55,468 nucleotides of DNA from a virus (IMGVR_UViG_3300028027_000070:1-55468); one strand, 5' to 3'. Counted from the first letter of the stretch, positions 30,175-40,071 are shown. Made by a program: numbers and translations. The notes: generated by a model not told the origin, from the letters alone.

Positions 30175-31198
30175 AACTCTAGGTGTATCAAAAAATGCAA
30201 CACCGGAAGAGATAAAGAAAGCATATAGAAAATTAGCTGTCCAATATCATCCGGATAAGACAGGGAATGATCCGATTCTGGAGGGGAAATTCAAGGAGAT
30301 AAACGAGGCATACGAGACACTTTCGGATCAGAAGAAGAGAGAAAAATACGATAACCCAAATCCATTTGGTGGAAGCTTTAACTGGGGAGGAACAAACCAG
30401 AGCAATCCGTTTCAGAACTCAGATTTCGGTAATTTTTGGGGTCAGGGTAGAGCTAATAATAATATGAACAGTCAAACCCTCAGAAAGGGTAATAATATAA
30501 ATGTTTATGTTACTATTACTCTGGAGGAGATGATGACTGGAGTAACAAAAAAAGTTAAAGTAAATAGAGCAGCACAATGTATCGATTGTAATGGGTCAGG
30601 TGCGGAATTTGGACACTCTAAGGATTGCGACGAATGTCATGGTCTTGGTAAAAAAACCAGGACAGTAAGGCATGCTTTTGGTGACATGTCTGTTGTGGAG
30701 GATTGCTTTAAATGTACAGGTAGTGGAAAAATTGCTGAGGCCAAATGTCCGGTTTGTTATGGAAATGGAACCATCAGAAGAGATGAAGAAATAGATATAA
30801 ATATACCGAAGGGATCTATATCCGGTGTTTCATATATGGTTATGAGCAAAGGGGACTGGGTTAAATCCCCATGCAACCCTGGAGATCTTATAGTCAATAT
30901 TAATGAATATGTTCATTCCACGTATACTAGAGATGGTAATAATCTAGCTCATGAGGCAAATATATCATTCAAAGATGCTTGTTTAGGAACAGAAATAGAA
31001 CTAACAAATTTGAAGGGATCGGCATACAGAATAAAGATACCTGCAGGAACTTCAGCTGGTAAGATATTCAGATTACCAGGTAAGGGAATACCAGAATTTA
31101 ATGGATTTGGAAACGGAGACATATTAGTTAAAGCTAATATAAAAATACCAACTGAATTAACAGAAGAGCAAATAAATGCTCTCGAATACTTTTCATAA
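30158..31198 (+). CDS. dnaJ: DnaJ co-chaperone
   Basis: J domain with HPD, G/F-rich region, four CxxCxGxG repeats and C-terminal domain. Confidence 0.95.
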   Translation: MGDHYKTLGVSKNATPEEIKKAYRKLAVQYHPDKTGNDPILEGKFKEINEAYETLSDQKKREKYDNPNPFGGSFNWGGTNQSNPFQNSDFGNFWGQGRANNNMNSQTLRKGNNINVYVTITLEEMMTGVTKKVKVNRAAQCIDCNGSGAEFGHSKDCDECHGLGKKTRTVRHAFGDMSVVEDCFKCTGSGKIAEAKCPVCYGNGTIRRDEEIDINIPKGSISGVSYMVMSKGDWVKSPCNPGDLIVNINEYVHSTYTRDGNNLAHEANISFKDACLGTEIELTNLKGSAYRIKIPAGTSAGKIFRLPGKGIPEFNGFGNGDILVKANIKIPTELTEEQINALEYFS

Positions 31199-31539
31199 TG
31201 AATATACTTTTAATAATATTTGTCGGATGGTGTATAACATCAACTATCGTAAATTCCGACATTTTAGATCCTATCAGAAACTATCTATTAGTAAAAACAC
31301 CGAAGCTATCTAAGTTAATGACATGCGTTAGGTGTCTTGGCTTCTGGGTTGGTCTTTTAATTTTTGGTGTCATAAACTATAATGGTAATCTTAATCAATT
31401 TTTTGGACTCCCTTTATGGGTTAATTATTTTATATTTCCGTTTGTTCAAAGTTCAGGTGGTGTTATAATCGAATCATTTGTAGTGTTTCTTCATAGTAGA
31501 AATACTGTTATTTTAAACAATAATAAAGATTCACAATAA
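31198..31539 (+). CDS. DUF1360-like membrane protein
   Basis: Hydrophobic segments and LMTCVRCLGFWVG motif. Confidence 0.6.
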   Translation: MNILLIIFVGWCITSTIVNSDILDPIRNYLLVKTPKLSKLMTCVRCLGFWVGLLIFGVINYNGNLNQFFGLPLWVNYFIFPFVQSSGGVIIESFVVFLHSRNTVILNNNKDSQ

Positions 31540-31595
31540 TATCAAAAACTTAAGAAACAATATCAAAAATGAACATAAAATAATAAAATACTTAC

Positions 31596-32999
31596 ATGAA
31601 CAAGCATTTAACCATCACGGATCAGATAAACACGCAGTATAGGTCCTATGCTCTTTATGTTTTACAGAGCAGAGGTATACCCAACTTTTATGATTCGCTA
31701 ACACCAGTACAGAGACTGATATTAGAGAATTCTCCAAGCAGATTCAGTAAGACCGTTGGTCTTGTTGGTGAGGTGATAAAAACTGGCTTATATCATCATG
31801 GCGATTCATCCCTTGCAGGAGCTATTTCTAAATTGGCAAGACCGTTCGGATGTTCATATGGAATACTCGAGGGTGATGGATTTTTTGGATCACCTGTTAA
31901 CCCGTCACCATCAGCACCTAGATATACCGCAGTTAAGATAAACCAAAAAATCCGTGACATCATAACCAAAAATTCTGATCTTAACGAGAAGAATGAAGAG
32001 GGTGGACATAATTGGATCCACGTTGAAGTCCCTGTTGGTTTACTTACACATATAGTTGGTATAGCTGTTGGATACAGAAGTAATATACTTCCTAGAAAGT
32101 TCGAGGACGTTGTTGAATATCTACAGGGCTCTACGAAGCTTTTAAAGCCATATTTTAAGGACTTTAGTGGAAAGATAAGCAAATATATGAATGAGGATAA
32201 TTCATGGCTTTTAGAGAGCGGTTTAGAGGTAGATTCAAACAGAAAAATAATAAGAATATTCGACCTCCCTCCAGTGATGAGATATGATAGCTTTATTAAT
32301 AAGCTGGAGTCTAAATTGGAGAAATCTGGGTATGATTATAGGATAGAGAATAAATCACAAAGTAAATGTGAATTAGCTGTTCAGATAAAAGGTAACGTAA
32401 CACCGGAAGCATTTATTTATATTGCTGATCATATTTCTAAACTTACTAAGATCATCGTTAAAGAAGATGTTATATTCGTGAGGGATGGCAACGTTATGGA
32501 ATTTGGATCTGTTAGAGAATATCTAGATCATTTCAAGCAACATTTAGAATTAGTAAAGCTTAAAAGACTAGTTAGAGACAATGATGATAATTTAAAAGAA
32601 CTAGCATTTCTGGAAGCTAAATTATTATTTCTTAATTTTATGATAGAGAAAAAGAGAAAGAATGATGAGATTATCAAATTTCTTTCAGACTTTCCAAGCT
32701 GGATATCCTCGAGATTACAAAGAATAGAGATAGTTAAGCTCTCCCCTGAATATATCAAGGAAACCAAAGATGGTATTGACTCTATAAAAAAAGAGATAGA
32801 AAAAGTTAAGAAGGCCATATCTATACAGGAGAAGATCTATAATAAAGCATCGATTGAGGTTGAGAAATTAGGAGACAGCGCATCGAAGAAAATACAAAAT
32901 AGTTTATTTGAAACACAGCATGATGACGGAATAGAGATATTTCAGGTTGGTGACGAGGAATTTGAGGAAACAAAAGAGGAAGAAAATGAAGAATTTTAA
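31596..32999 (+). CDS. gp52: Type II topoisomerase breakage-reunion subunit (GyrA/ParC, T4 gp52-like)
   Basis: RGIPNFYDSLTPVQR, YHHGDSS, catalytic APRYT and GIAVG motifs. Confidence 0.92.
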   Translation: MNKHLTITDQINTQYRSYALYVLQSRGIPNFYDSLTPVQRLILENSPSRFSKTVGLVGEVIKTGLYHHGDSSLAGAISKLARPFGCSYGILEGDGFFGSPVNPSPSAPRYTAVKINQKIRDIITKNSDLNEKNEEGGHNWIHVEVPVGLLTHIVGIAVGYRSNILPRKFEDVVEYLQGSTKLLKPYFKDFSGKISKYMNEDNSWLLESGLEVDSNRKIIRIFDLPPVMRYDSFINKLESKLEKSGYDYRIENKSQSKCELAVQIKGNVTPEAFIYIADHISKLTKIIVKEDVIFVRDGNVMEFGSVREYLDHFKQHLELVKLKRLVRDNDDNLKELAFLEAKLLFLNFMIEKKRKNDEIIKFLSDFPSWISSRLQRIEIVKLSPEYIKETKDGIDSIKKEIEKVKKAISIQEKIYNKASIEVEKLGDSASKKIQNSLFETQHDDGIEIFQVGDEEFEETKEEENEEF

Positions 33000-33017
33000 T
33001 AATTAAATATTTTAATA

Positions 33018-33785
33018 ATGAGGTTAAGAATAACAAGCATACCTAATTTAATTGTCTTTTTGAAAAGACTAAAAGCAGTCGAGAAGAGTGTAATACTAGA
33101 AATAACTAGCGATCGTATTTTCTGTAAGGTTCATACGCCAGATAAGGCTACTATGAAATATTCAAGTGTTGAATTGGATAAAGTTTTTGAAACTGATTTC
33201 GATTGGAATTCAATAAAGCATGATCGTGTTAAGATTGGATTGAATGACGTTACTAGATTAATGGAGGCTTTCAAACACTTTAGACCTGAGGAGGAAGTTA
33301 ATTTGGAGCTTGATGTTGCAAATGTTGATGATTCCAGCGTTTCTACTGAATTAAGATTGGTTTCTCCTTCATTGACAATTAGATTAAGATGCTCAGATCT
33401 TACTATGCTTTCTTATGTTGAGGATAAAATATTATCGATGGTTCATTCCAAAGAAGATTGCTTGGTTAATTTTAAAATGTATCAGTCTGATTTCACTACA
33501 ATAGCTTCTCTTTGTGGGATGGAAAGCGATAATCAGGAAATACTTTGTTTTGAAATTGAGGAGAAAACTGCTCATGCGGTAGGTAATTCTTTTAATTATA
33601 AACTGAATATAGGATCAAGTGAAATTATACTTGATGATAGCGAGAAAGAAATTGCTAATATCTATAAGAGTCAGTTAGGTTATATGGAATCTGAGTCTTG
33701 CGACGTTTATGTACATGATAATAGACTAGTTCTATTTTCTGAGCAGTCAGCAACATCAATAGCAATAGGGCTAGTTGAAAAATAG
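33018..33785 (+). CDS. Sliding clamp (gp45/PCNA-like)
   Basis: 255-aa acidic protein with a two-domain helix/strand pattern, directly upstream of the polymerase C-half. Confidence 0.6.
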   Translation: MRLRITSIPNLIVFLKRLKAVEKSVILEITSDRIFCKVHTPDKATMKYSSVELDKVFETDFDWNSIKHDRVKIGLNDVTRLMEAFKHFRPEEEVNLELDVANVDDSSVSTELRLVSPSLTIRLRCSDLTMLSYVEDKILSMVHSKEDCLVNFKMYQSDFTTIASLCGMESDNQEILCFEIEEKTAHAVGNSFNYKLNIGSSEIILDDSEKEIANIYKSQLGYMESESCDVYVHDNRLVLFSEQSATSIAIGLVEK

Positions 33786-33800
33786 TAATTAAATATAAGT

Positions 33801-34946
33801 ATGACTCAGGAAGAAATTAAAGAGATTGAAGAAAAAATAGAGAGGCTCACCGCTCTTAAGAATGAATATAAGAATGAGGAGCAAGCGGTAAAGTTAACAA
33901 TGAACTCCATCTACGGAGCGATTGGTAACAACTATTTTGTTTGCTTCAACCCAGATGTTGCTGAAGCAGTAACACTGCAGGGTCAGGATCTTATTAAATA
34001 TTCCGAGAAGATATTACATAAGTATTTTCATGAACATTGGCATCTAGACACGGAGCTTCACGAGAAGCTAGGATTGGAACACGTTAAAAGAGTGACTAAT
34101 CCATTGGTTGTTTATGGTGATACAGATTCTAATTATGTTACTTTCCAGGAAGTTGTTGACTCGTGTGATTATGCGGGAGATGCCAAGGATCTTATCATAA
34201 AAATAAATGAATATAGATTAAATGATTATCTTAGAAAATGCTTTGATATCTATTCGAAAAAATGGGGAACTGAAAACTATCAGGATTTTGAGCTAGAGAC
34301 TCTTGCTATAAATGCTATATTTTTAGGTAAGAAAAAATACGTAGCAAATCTTGTTTATGATTCAGGACTACATATGGAACCTCTGTCCCAACTTAAATTT
34401 ACCGGCGTTGAGATGATAAAGGGTGGAACCCCTCCTTTTGTTAGAGAAAAATTGGTATATTTAACGAAGCTTATTTTTACTAAAGGTAGAGCCTTCGATA
34501 TAAGGGAATTTGTTAAGGAATTAAAATCGATAAAGAGAGAATTCAAATTACAGGAACCACAAAACATATCTGCATCAATAAATATTAATAATTATGATAA
34601 GATATTAAATGATACTACTGGATTTGAAGTTGCTAAGGCATGTCCTATACACGTTAGAGCATCTGGTTATCATAACTACCTTTTAAATAATTCAACGTAT
34701 AAAACAAAATACTCTCTCATTAGAGCAGGTGACAAGGTAAATCTATATTTTGTTAAAACTAAAAATCTTAACGATAGTAACATCTTTGCTTACCCCCAGG
34801 GGACATTTCCATATGAATTTGCTCCCCCTCTGGACTATGATGAGCAATTCACGAAAACAATTCTTGATCCGATAAATAGGTTCATTGAGGTAATGGGATA
34901 TAATCAGATAAGTCCAAATCTATTTATGGTTAACGCTTTATTTTAA
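33801..34946 (+). CDS. gp43: Family B DNA polymerase, C-terminal subunit (motifs B and C, thumb)
   Basis: KLTMNSIYG, VTLQGQ, YGDTDS and KKKY motifs; begins with a coiled-coil helix. Confidence 0.92.
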   Translation: MTQEEIKEIEEKIERLTALKNEYKNEEQAVKLTMNSIYGAIGNNYFVCFNPDVAEAVTLQGQDLIKYSEKILHKYFHEHWHLDTELHEKLGLEHVKRVTNPLVVYGDTDSNYVTFQEVVDSCDYAGDAKDLIIKINEYRLNDYLRKCFDIYSKKWGTENYQDFELETLAINAIFLGKKKYVANLVYDSGLHMEPLSQLKFTGVEMIKGGTPPFVREKLVYLTKLIFTKGRAFDIREFVKELKSIKREFKLQEPQNISASININNYDKILNDTTGFEVAKACPIHVRASGYHNYLLNNSTYKTKYSLIRAGDKVNLYFVKTKNLNDSNIFAYPQGTFPYEFAPPLDYDEQFTKTILDPINRFIEVMGYNQISPNLFMVNALF

Positions 34947-34947
34947 T

Positions 34948-35217
34948 ATGAATTCATTTTTTGATAACCTTGATTCTGAGGATTTTGCTGATTATGCTAT
35001 CCTTCTGATAGAAGAAGCCGATTATATAATTAATAATCGGATAGAATATCTTAGGGATAGAACAATGTCAGAGGATGAAAAAATCGACAGAATCAGGGAG
35101 CTCATGGATTTTTTCATTCTAGAGGATCATATGGTAATATACGATGACCTTTGGAATATAATGAATATGATACTTCTCAAAAAATATATAGAATGCAGCG
35201 CATCTGATCTTATATAA
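34948..35217 (+). CDS. Hypothetical protein
   Basis: Small acidic helical ORF. Confidence 0.55.
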   Translation: MNSFFDNLDSEDFADYAILLIEEADYIINNRIEYLRDRTMSEDEKIDRIRELMDFFILEDHMVIYDDLWNIMNMILLKKYIECSASDLI

Positions 35218-35259
35218 TTGTATTATCATTGGGATATATACATAATAAAATAATCGAGA

Positions 35260-36726
35260 ATGATGATATCAAACAATGTGCTGGACTTTTCTTCCTTCCT
35301 TAATGAAGCTAAAACCGAAACAACAAAGGTTGTGGTTCTTACCGGCAACGTTACAGGAAGTAAAACTTCAGAATCATTCACAAAGGAATGTAAAAAAAGA
35401 GGTATTAAATGCTATATAGTAGATGTAAATGATGTTGTTCTTGAGAAAGTATATAATGGGCATTTACTTAAGACTGGCAAGGAAAAAATATTAATAGATC
35501 CAAATTCCACCGTTATAATACCAAGAAGAGGTGTGCTAGAAAATTCACACACTAGGCAAATTCTTTTAAACCTGGAAGCCGCCAGATATTTTACTGTTAA
35601 TACTATAGCTTCTATGGAAGCTTGTGAGAACAAATTTATAACATCTCAAATAATGGAAGCTAATGATCTTCCTGTTCCTAAATCTGCATTAGTACCTGAT
35701 GAAAATTCACTGGATAAGGCATTAGAAGCTGTAGGTGGGAAATTTCCCGTTATAATGAAGCTTCTTTCCGGAACACAGGGAATCGGCGTTTCTATAATAG
35801 ATTCATATGCATCTCTTAAATCTGTTTATCAAACAATAAGAAAACTTGATTCAACTAACGAGATATTAATCCAGGAAAAAATTGATTCCAATTACGATCT
35901 TAGAATACAGGTGATTATCAAAAAATTCAATCCTGATCCAAGAGAAGTTGCCAAGAATAATTCATTTATACTTGGAACTATGAAAAGAGGAGCTGTTAAA
36001 AAGGATTTTAGAACTAACTACTCACTGGGTGGAACCGTAAATAAATTTAAGATAACTAAGGAGCTTTCCGACATAGCAATAAAAGCAGCTAATGCTGTTG
36101 GATGTCACTGGTGTGGAGTTGATATAATGATAGATGCAAAAACTAAAAAGCCCTATATACTGGAAGTTAATTCGTCTCCGGGAACGGAAGGAATATCAAA
36201 AGCAATAGGTAAACCCATTGTTGATGATGTTATTGATTATATATTGGATAAAAATAGCTGGAGCTATTCTAATATGGAAGTTGGATATCTGGAAACATTA
36301 AGCATACCTAAAATTGGTGACATTATATCAAAATTTGACACTGGTAATGGATCTAAATCTTGTACATTACATGCAGATAAAGTTGAGGAAAAAGGCGGAA
36401 AGGTTCACTGGACGCTAGGAGGTAAGAAGTTTATAAATCCAATAGTGGGTCATTCTGAGGCTGAAATTGGAACCAAAAAGCATAAAAGACCTATCATAGA
36501 ACTTGATGTTGAATTTAATGGTGTTTTGGTACCAAAGGTAAAGATTTCTCCTGATGATAGAACAGATAAGAGCACACCATTTTTAGTAAATCGTGAATTT
36601 ATGAGAAGAGTTGGATTATCTGTTAATGCAGATCAAGCTTTTGTAGTAACTAAAAATCCGGAAGATAAATTTAGCTTAAAAAATGCAAAGGGTAATCCTC
36701 ATGCAGGAATAAAATTTAAAAAATAA
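35260..36726 (+). CDS. rimK: RimK-family ATP-grasp ligase fused to a retropepsin-like (RimB-type) protease
   Basis: GTQGIGV, LIQE, DFRTNYSLGG, GVDI and LEVNSSPG motifs; C-terminal KFDTGNG...FLVNR; CTS-like start VLDFSSFLNE. Confidence 0.88.
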   Translation: MMISNNVLDFSSFLNEAKTETTKVVVLTGNVTGSKTSESFTKECKKRGIKCYIVDVNDVVLEKVYNGHLLKTGKEKILIDPNSTVIIPRRGVLENSHTRQILLNLEAARYFTVNTIASMEACENKFITSQIMEANDLPVPKSALVPDENSLDKALEAVGGKFPVIMKLLSGTQGIGVSIIDSYASLKSVYQTIRKLDSTNEILIQEKIDSNYDLRIQVIIKKFNPDPREVAKNNSFILGTMKRGAVKKDFRTNYSLGGTVNKFKITKELSDIAIKAANAVGCHWCGVDIMIDAKTKKPYILEVNSSPGTEGISKAIGKPIVDDVIDYILDKNSWSYSNMEVGYLETLSIPKIGDIISKFDTGNGSKSCTLHADKVEEKGGKVHWTLGGKKFINPIVGHSEAEIGTKKHKRPIIELDVEFNGVLVPKVKISPDDRTDKSTPFLVNREFMRRVGLSVNADQAFVVTKNPEDKFSLKNAKGNPHAGIKFKK

Positions 36727-36741
36727 AAATAAATAAATAGA

Positions 36742-36969
36742 ATGGAAAATTTGAAAGAATTCGGTAAAGTTAGCTCTAAGCTAATTGAATCTGAAGAAAA
36801 TGCAGAAAAAGACGAGAAAATACAGGTTTTACTTTCTGGTGAAGATTTAAGTGATCTAACAAGAAAGATAGCGAAAAAAGCTTTATCTAAAGGTGAAGCT
36901 CCTGAATCTGTATCTCATTATGTTAGATCACTAATTAGAAGAGATCTTGGTAAAACTACTAAGGATTAA
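36742..36969 (+). CDS. Ribbon-helix-helix DNA-binding protein
   Basis: KIQVLLSGEDLSDL...SVSHYVRSLIRRDL pattern. Confidence 0.6.
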   Translation: MENLKEFGKVSSKLIESEENAEKDEKIQVLLSGEDLSDLTRKIAKKALSKGEAPESVSHYVRSLIRRDLGKTTKD

Positions 36970-37346
36970 TTCTTAGTAAAGAAATCAGTATATGATAAAA
37001 CCCTGCGATCATTAGATTGTGGGGTTTCTTCTTGATCATCGGATTCTATTTCTGAGTCAGCTGGCTCTGATAGATTTTCATCATCATCCTCATCTTCGTC
37101 GTCCTCCGTGTCATCATCATCCTCATATTCCTCATCCGGATTTTCAACTTCATCATCATCCTCATATTCCTCATCTGGATTTTCAATTTCCTCAGAATCT
37201 TCGTAGTCTGAGTTATCCTCATCCTCATCATATTCTGAATCACTCTCTTGGTCATAGTCATCATCATAACCTTCTGATTCTTGTTCTTGATTAGTAAGAT
37301 ACGAATCGTCATTGATAAACTCGTCTTCTTCTTTTAAATGTTTCAT
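36966..37346 (-). CDS. Extremely acidic low-complexity protein
   Basis: Starts MKHLKEEDEFIND, D/E-rich body with a 13-aa duplication, ends RVLSYTDFFTKN; GATATATA on the minus strand at 37379-37372. Confidence 0.7.
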   Translation of the reverse strand: MKHLKEEDEFINDDSYLTNQEQESEGYDDDYDQESDSEYDEDEDNSDYEDSEEIENPDEEYEDDDEVENPDEEYEDDDDTEDDEDEDDDENLSEPADSEIESDDQEETPQSNDRRVLSYTDFFTKN

Positions 37347-37403
37347 AGATTTAATTTTTATAATTAGAATATATATATCTACGATAAAAAAAATGCAATT
37401 ATT

Positions 37404-37715
37404 ATGTCTATTATATTGGAATTCTCCGAGTTTATTGAAGATGATCTTAGTGTGGAAGAAATGAATCAAATCAAGGATTGGGTTAAAAAATATGAAAAAT
37501 ATTTTAATTTTCATAACGGTGATAACTTTGAATCCTCGATTGATCAACTTTCCTCCGATGTTATGGAGCAAACAGGAATAGATAAATCTAAAACAAATTC
37601 TGTTATTAAATATCTTGAGGAATTATATCTATTGGGTGATGGCTTATCCGTTGTTATGGCTCCTGATGCACAATTCCAATCTAGAGACATTGATCAATTA
37701 ACAAGATTTTGGTAA
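37404..37715 (+). CDS. Hypothetical protein with CTS-like N-terminus
   Basis: Starts MSIILEFSEFIE. Confidence 0.7.
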   Translation: MSIILEFSEFIEDDLSVEEMNQIKDWVKKYEKYFNFHNGDNFESSIDQLSSDVMEQTGIDKSKTNSVIKYLEELYLLGDGLSVVMAPDAQFQSRDIDQLTRFW

Positions 37716-37780
37716 AATTTTCATAAATAATTTTTTTAATCCGCATGATATTCATATATTTGCGACATAATTAAAGACAA

Positions 37781-38698
37781 ATGAAACCCACTAAAGCAAT
37801 ATACGTTGATTGGCACATGCCTAAAAGGGATGCTGGAAAAATGGTTCCTGAGAAGAGACCATGGGAGATTGCTATGATTATACGATCAACACATTTTGCA
37901 AGAAAATATAACGATCTATCCCCGATTCTCTATTGCGACCCTGATACATATTCGTATTATGATGAGATTGGATTATTAAAGCATTTTGATGAGGTTAAAC
38001 CAATACTTCCGACTAATGCAAATTTTGACACATCCATATTTTGGGCGGCCGGAAAATTTTATGCTATATTGGACTGCGAGGAACCTTTCATTCTAATAGA
38101 TCTTGATGCGGAAGTTAGATTTAAAATAGATTTTGGTGATTGTGATGTTTATTGTACTCATCTGGAGAAAGCTATTGCTGATGATCTTAAATTCTATCCA
38201 AACCCTGAATATCTAGACCGGGAAAATTATATAGCAAATAATTTTAATATAACATGGAGCGACCAAGCGTGTAACACCTGTTTACTTGCTTTTAATGACA
38301 TTGATTTTGCTAAGGAATATGCAAGTATGGCTTTAAAATTTATTGATGATTTATACGAGCTTAATCCTTCATTTAGTAATGTATCATATATTGTTCTAAT
38401 AGAGCAAAGGTTTCTTTATGATCTGGCGAAGAGCAGAGGAAAGAGTATAAATTGTTTAATTAGCGGGAATTATATTCCGACTAATCATTCCTTAGATCTT
38501 CCATCATTCGAAGATTCTAATGTTGATACAATTGCGGATATGGGATTCTTTCATGTATGGGGATTTAAAAATGATATTAAGAGGAGTCAGGATGTTGAAG
38601 ATTCATTCCTTGGCGATTTGGTAACAGGTGTGGATGATATTCATGATGATATAATTAACTCAATTTCTATGAATCATAAATTATATATAGATAAATAA
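37781..38698 (+). CDS. Putative GT-A nucleotide-sugar transferase (DUF6734-like)
   Basis: FWAAGKF...PFILIDLD (DxD), EQRFL and FFHVWG motifs; early promoter at 37755. Confidence 0.6.
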   Translation: MKPTKAIYVDWHMPKRDAGKMVPEKRPWEIAMIIRSTHFARKYNDLSPILYCDPDTYSYYDEIGLLKHFDEVKPILPTNANFDTSIFWAAGKFYAILDCEEPFILIDLDAEVRFKIDFGDCDVYCTHLEKAIADDLKFYPNPEYLDRENYIANNFNITWSDQACNTCLLAFNDIDFAKEYASMALKFIDDLYELNPSFSNVSYIVLIEQRFLYDLAKSRGKSINCLISGNYIPTNHSLDLPSFEDSNVDTIADMGFFHVWGFKNDIKRSQDVEDSFLGDLVTGVDDIHDDIINSISMNHKLYIDK

Positions 38699-38708
38699 TT
38701 TATCGGTT

Positions 38709-38858
38709 TTGGAAAACTCGGGAAATAATGATGATTTACTAGAGGAGGCTAAAAAATTAGCTGCTGAACTCAACATTACGTTAACTGAGATAATGTTAAC
38801 ACCAAGATTATTAAATCTTATAAATAAAATTATACAAGAAAAACGAAACAAATCATAA
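38709..38858 (+). CDS. Small hypothetical protein (49 aa, TTG start)
   Basis: Translates as MENSGNNDDLLEEAKKLAAELNITLTEIMLTPRLLNLINKIIQEKRNKS. Confidence 0.4.
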   Translation: MENSGNNDDLLEEAKKLAAELNITLTEIMLTPRLLNLINKIIQEKRNKS

Positions 38859-38882
38859 GATTGTTTCTTTAATAATAAACAA

Positions 38883-39345
38883 GGGCCAACATGGTATTGA
38901 TTGGCAGAGTTCGTTCTTTGAGATGCAGGCAGAGTTAGTATTGGAAACTCTTAAATAACCTATACAAAGCTTTAAACGGCAAAAACAATGTTTGGGATGC
39001 TATCAACGCGTTTGGTGCTCCCGCAGCTAAGGCTGAGTACGCAGTAGCGGCTTAACCGACCTGGTCTCACTTACCAAGGAAAGTAAATGTGAAAAATCCG
39101 GGTGGCTCCCTCAAGACTTTGGTCGTCGTCAAGGCGTACCTTGAGCATCCAGATCCTGGAGATCTATACAGGGGGCGAAAGAAAAATCCTTAGTGCCAGG
39201 ATAAATAATATCACTGAGTTGGTTGATTGTTCGGAACTCTGTTAACTGAACAATATATTTCGCTTTGTTAGAAAATGAAGCTAAGCCTGTGAATGAGTCC
39301 TTTGGCTATCTGAACAAGACGAGGGTTCGAATCCCTCTTGGTCCA
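38883..39345 (+). ncRNA. ssrA: tmRNA
   Basis: Acceptor stem GGGCCAA/TTGGTCC+A with G3.U70 Ala determinant; T arm GAGGG-TTCGAAT-CCCTC; tag ORF 38978-39055 GKNNVWDAINAFGAPAAKAEYAVAA*; CCA not encoded. Confidence 0.92.
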
Positions 39346-39351
39346 CGCGGA

Positions 39352-39380
39352 GTTTTTATGCATTTCTGATGCATAAAAAC
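39352..39380. other. Hairpin directly after the tmRNA (terminator or processing signal)
   Basis: GTTTTTATGCAT / ATGCATAAAAAC inverted repeat. Confidence 0.6.
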
Positions 39381-39402
39381 ATTATAAATTATATGTCGAT
39401 AG

Positions 39403-40071
39403 ATGATAGACAATAGAAAATATCATTATATTTACAAAACTGTAAATATCATAAATTCTAATTTTTATATAGGTTTGCATTCAACCAATAATATTAATGA
39501 TGGATATATGGGATCTGGAGATAGAATAAGAAGCTCTATCAGACATTACGGAAAGGATAACCATACCTTCGAAATATTGGAATTTTTAGATTCTAGAGAT
39601 CTTCTTTTAAGTAGAGAGAGGGAGATAGTAAATAGAGATTTATTAAAAAATCCATTATGTTTGAATATTATGGAGGGAGGTTATGGATTTCTTGACGAGG
39701 AGCACATGAAAAAAGTTAGCAAAGCTGGTAATGATGCTTTCAGAGAGAAATTAAAGGATCCTAATTACATGGAGGACTTTTTATTAAAATGTGATTCCAA
39801 GGGAAAGGCAGAAAATATGCACAGAATCCACATCGAAAGAGGATTCGATTTTGGTACATTTAGAAATAAAAAGCATACAACTGAAACTATTTCTAAAATG
39901 AAGGAATCAAAATCCGGAAAGGGATTAGGAAATGAAAACTCACAGTTTGGTACATGTTGGATTAATAGTGTTGAAATTGGTGATAAAAAAATTAGAAAAG
40001 AAGATCTTGAATTCTATTTGGAATCAGGATGGAAAAAAGGAAGAATTAAAAAATTAACTAAATTAAATTAA
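39403..40071 (+). mobile_element. Free-standing GIY-YIG (Seg-like) homing endonuclease with NUMOD3 motif
   Basis: YIYKTVN...FYIGLH, YMGSG and KKHTTETISKMKES motifs. Confidence 0.85.

Noticed and set aside
19496-33800. Intron or intein explaining the polymerase split
   Set aside because: The interval holds ordinary genes with their own promoters and terminators; neither half has intein termini.
37019-37312. His/Pro-rich and Met-rich ORFs
   Set aside because: Alternative-frame artefacts of the GAT/GAG-rich acidic gene.
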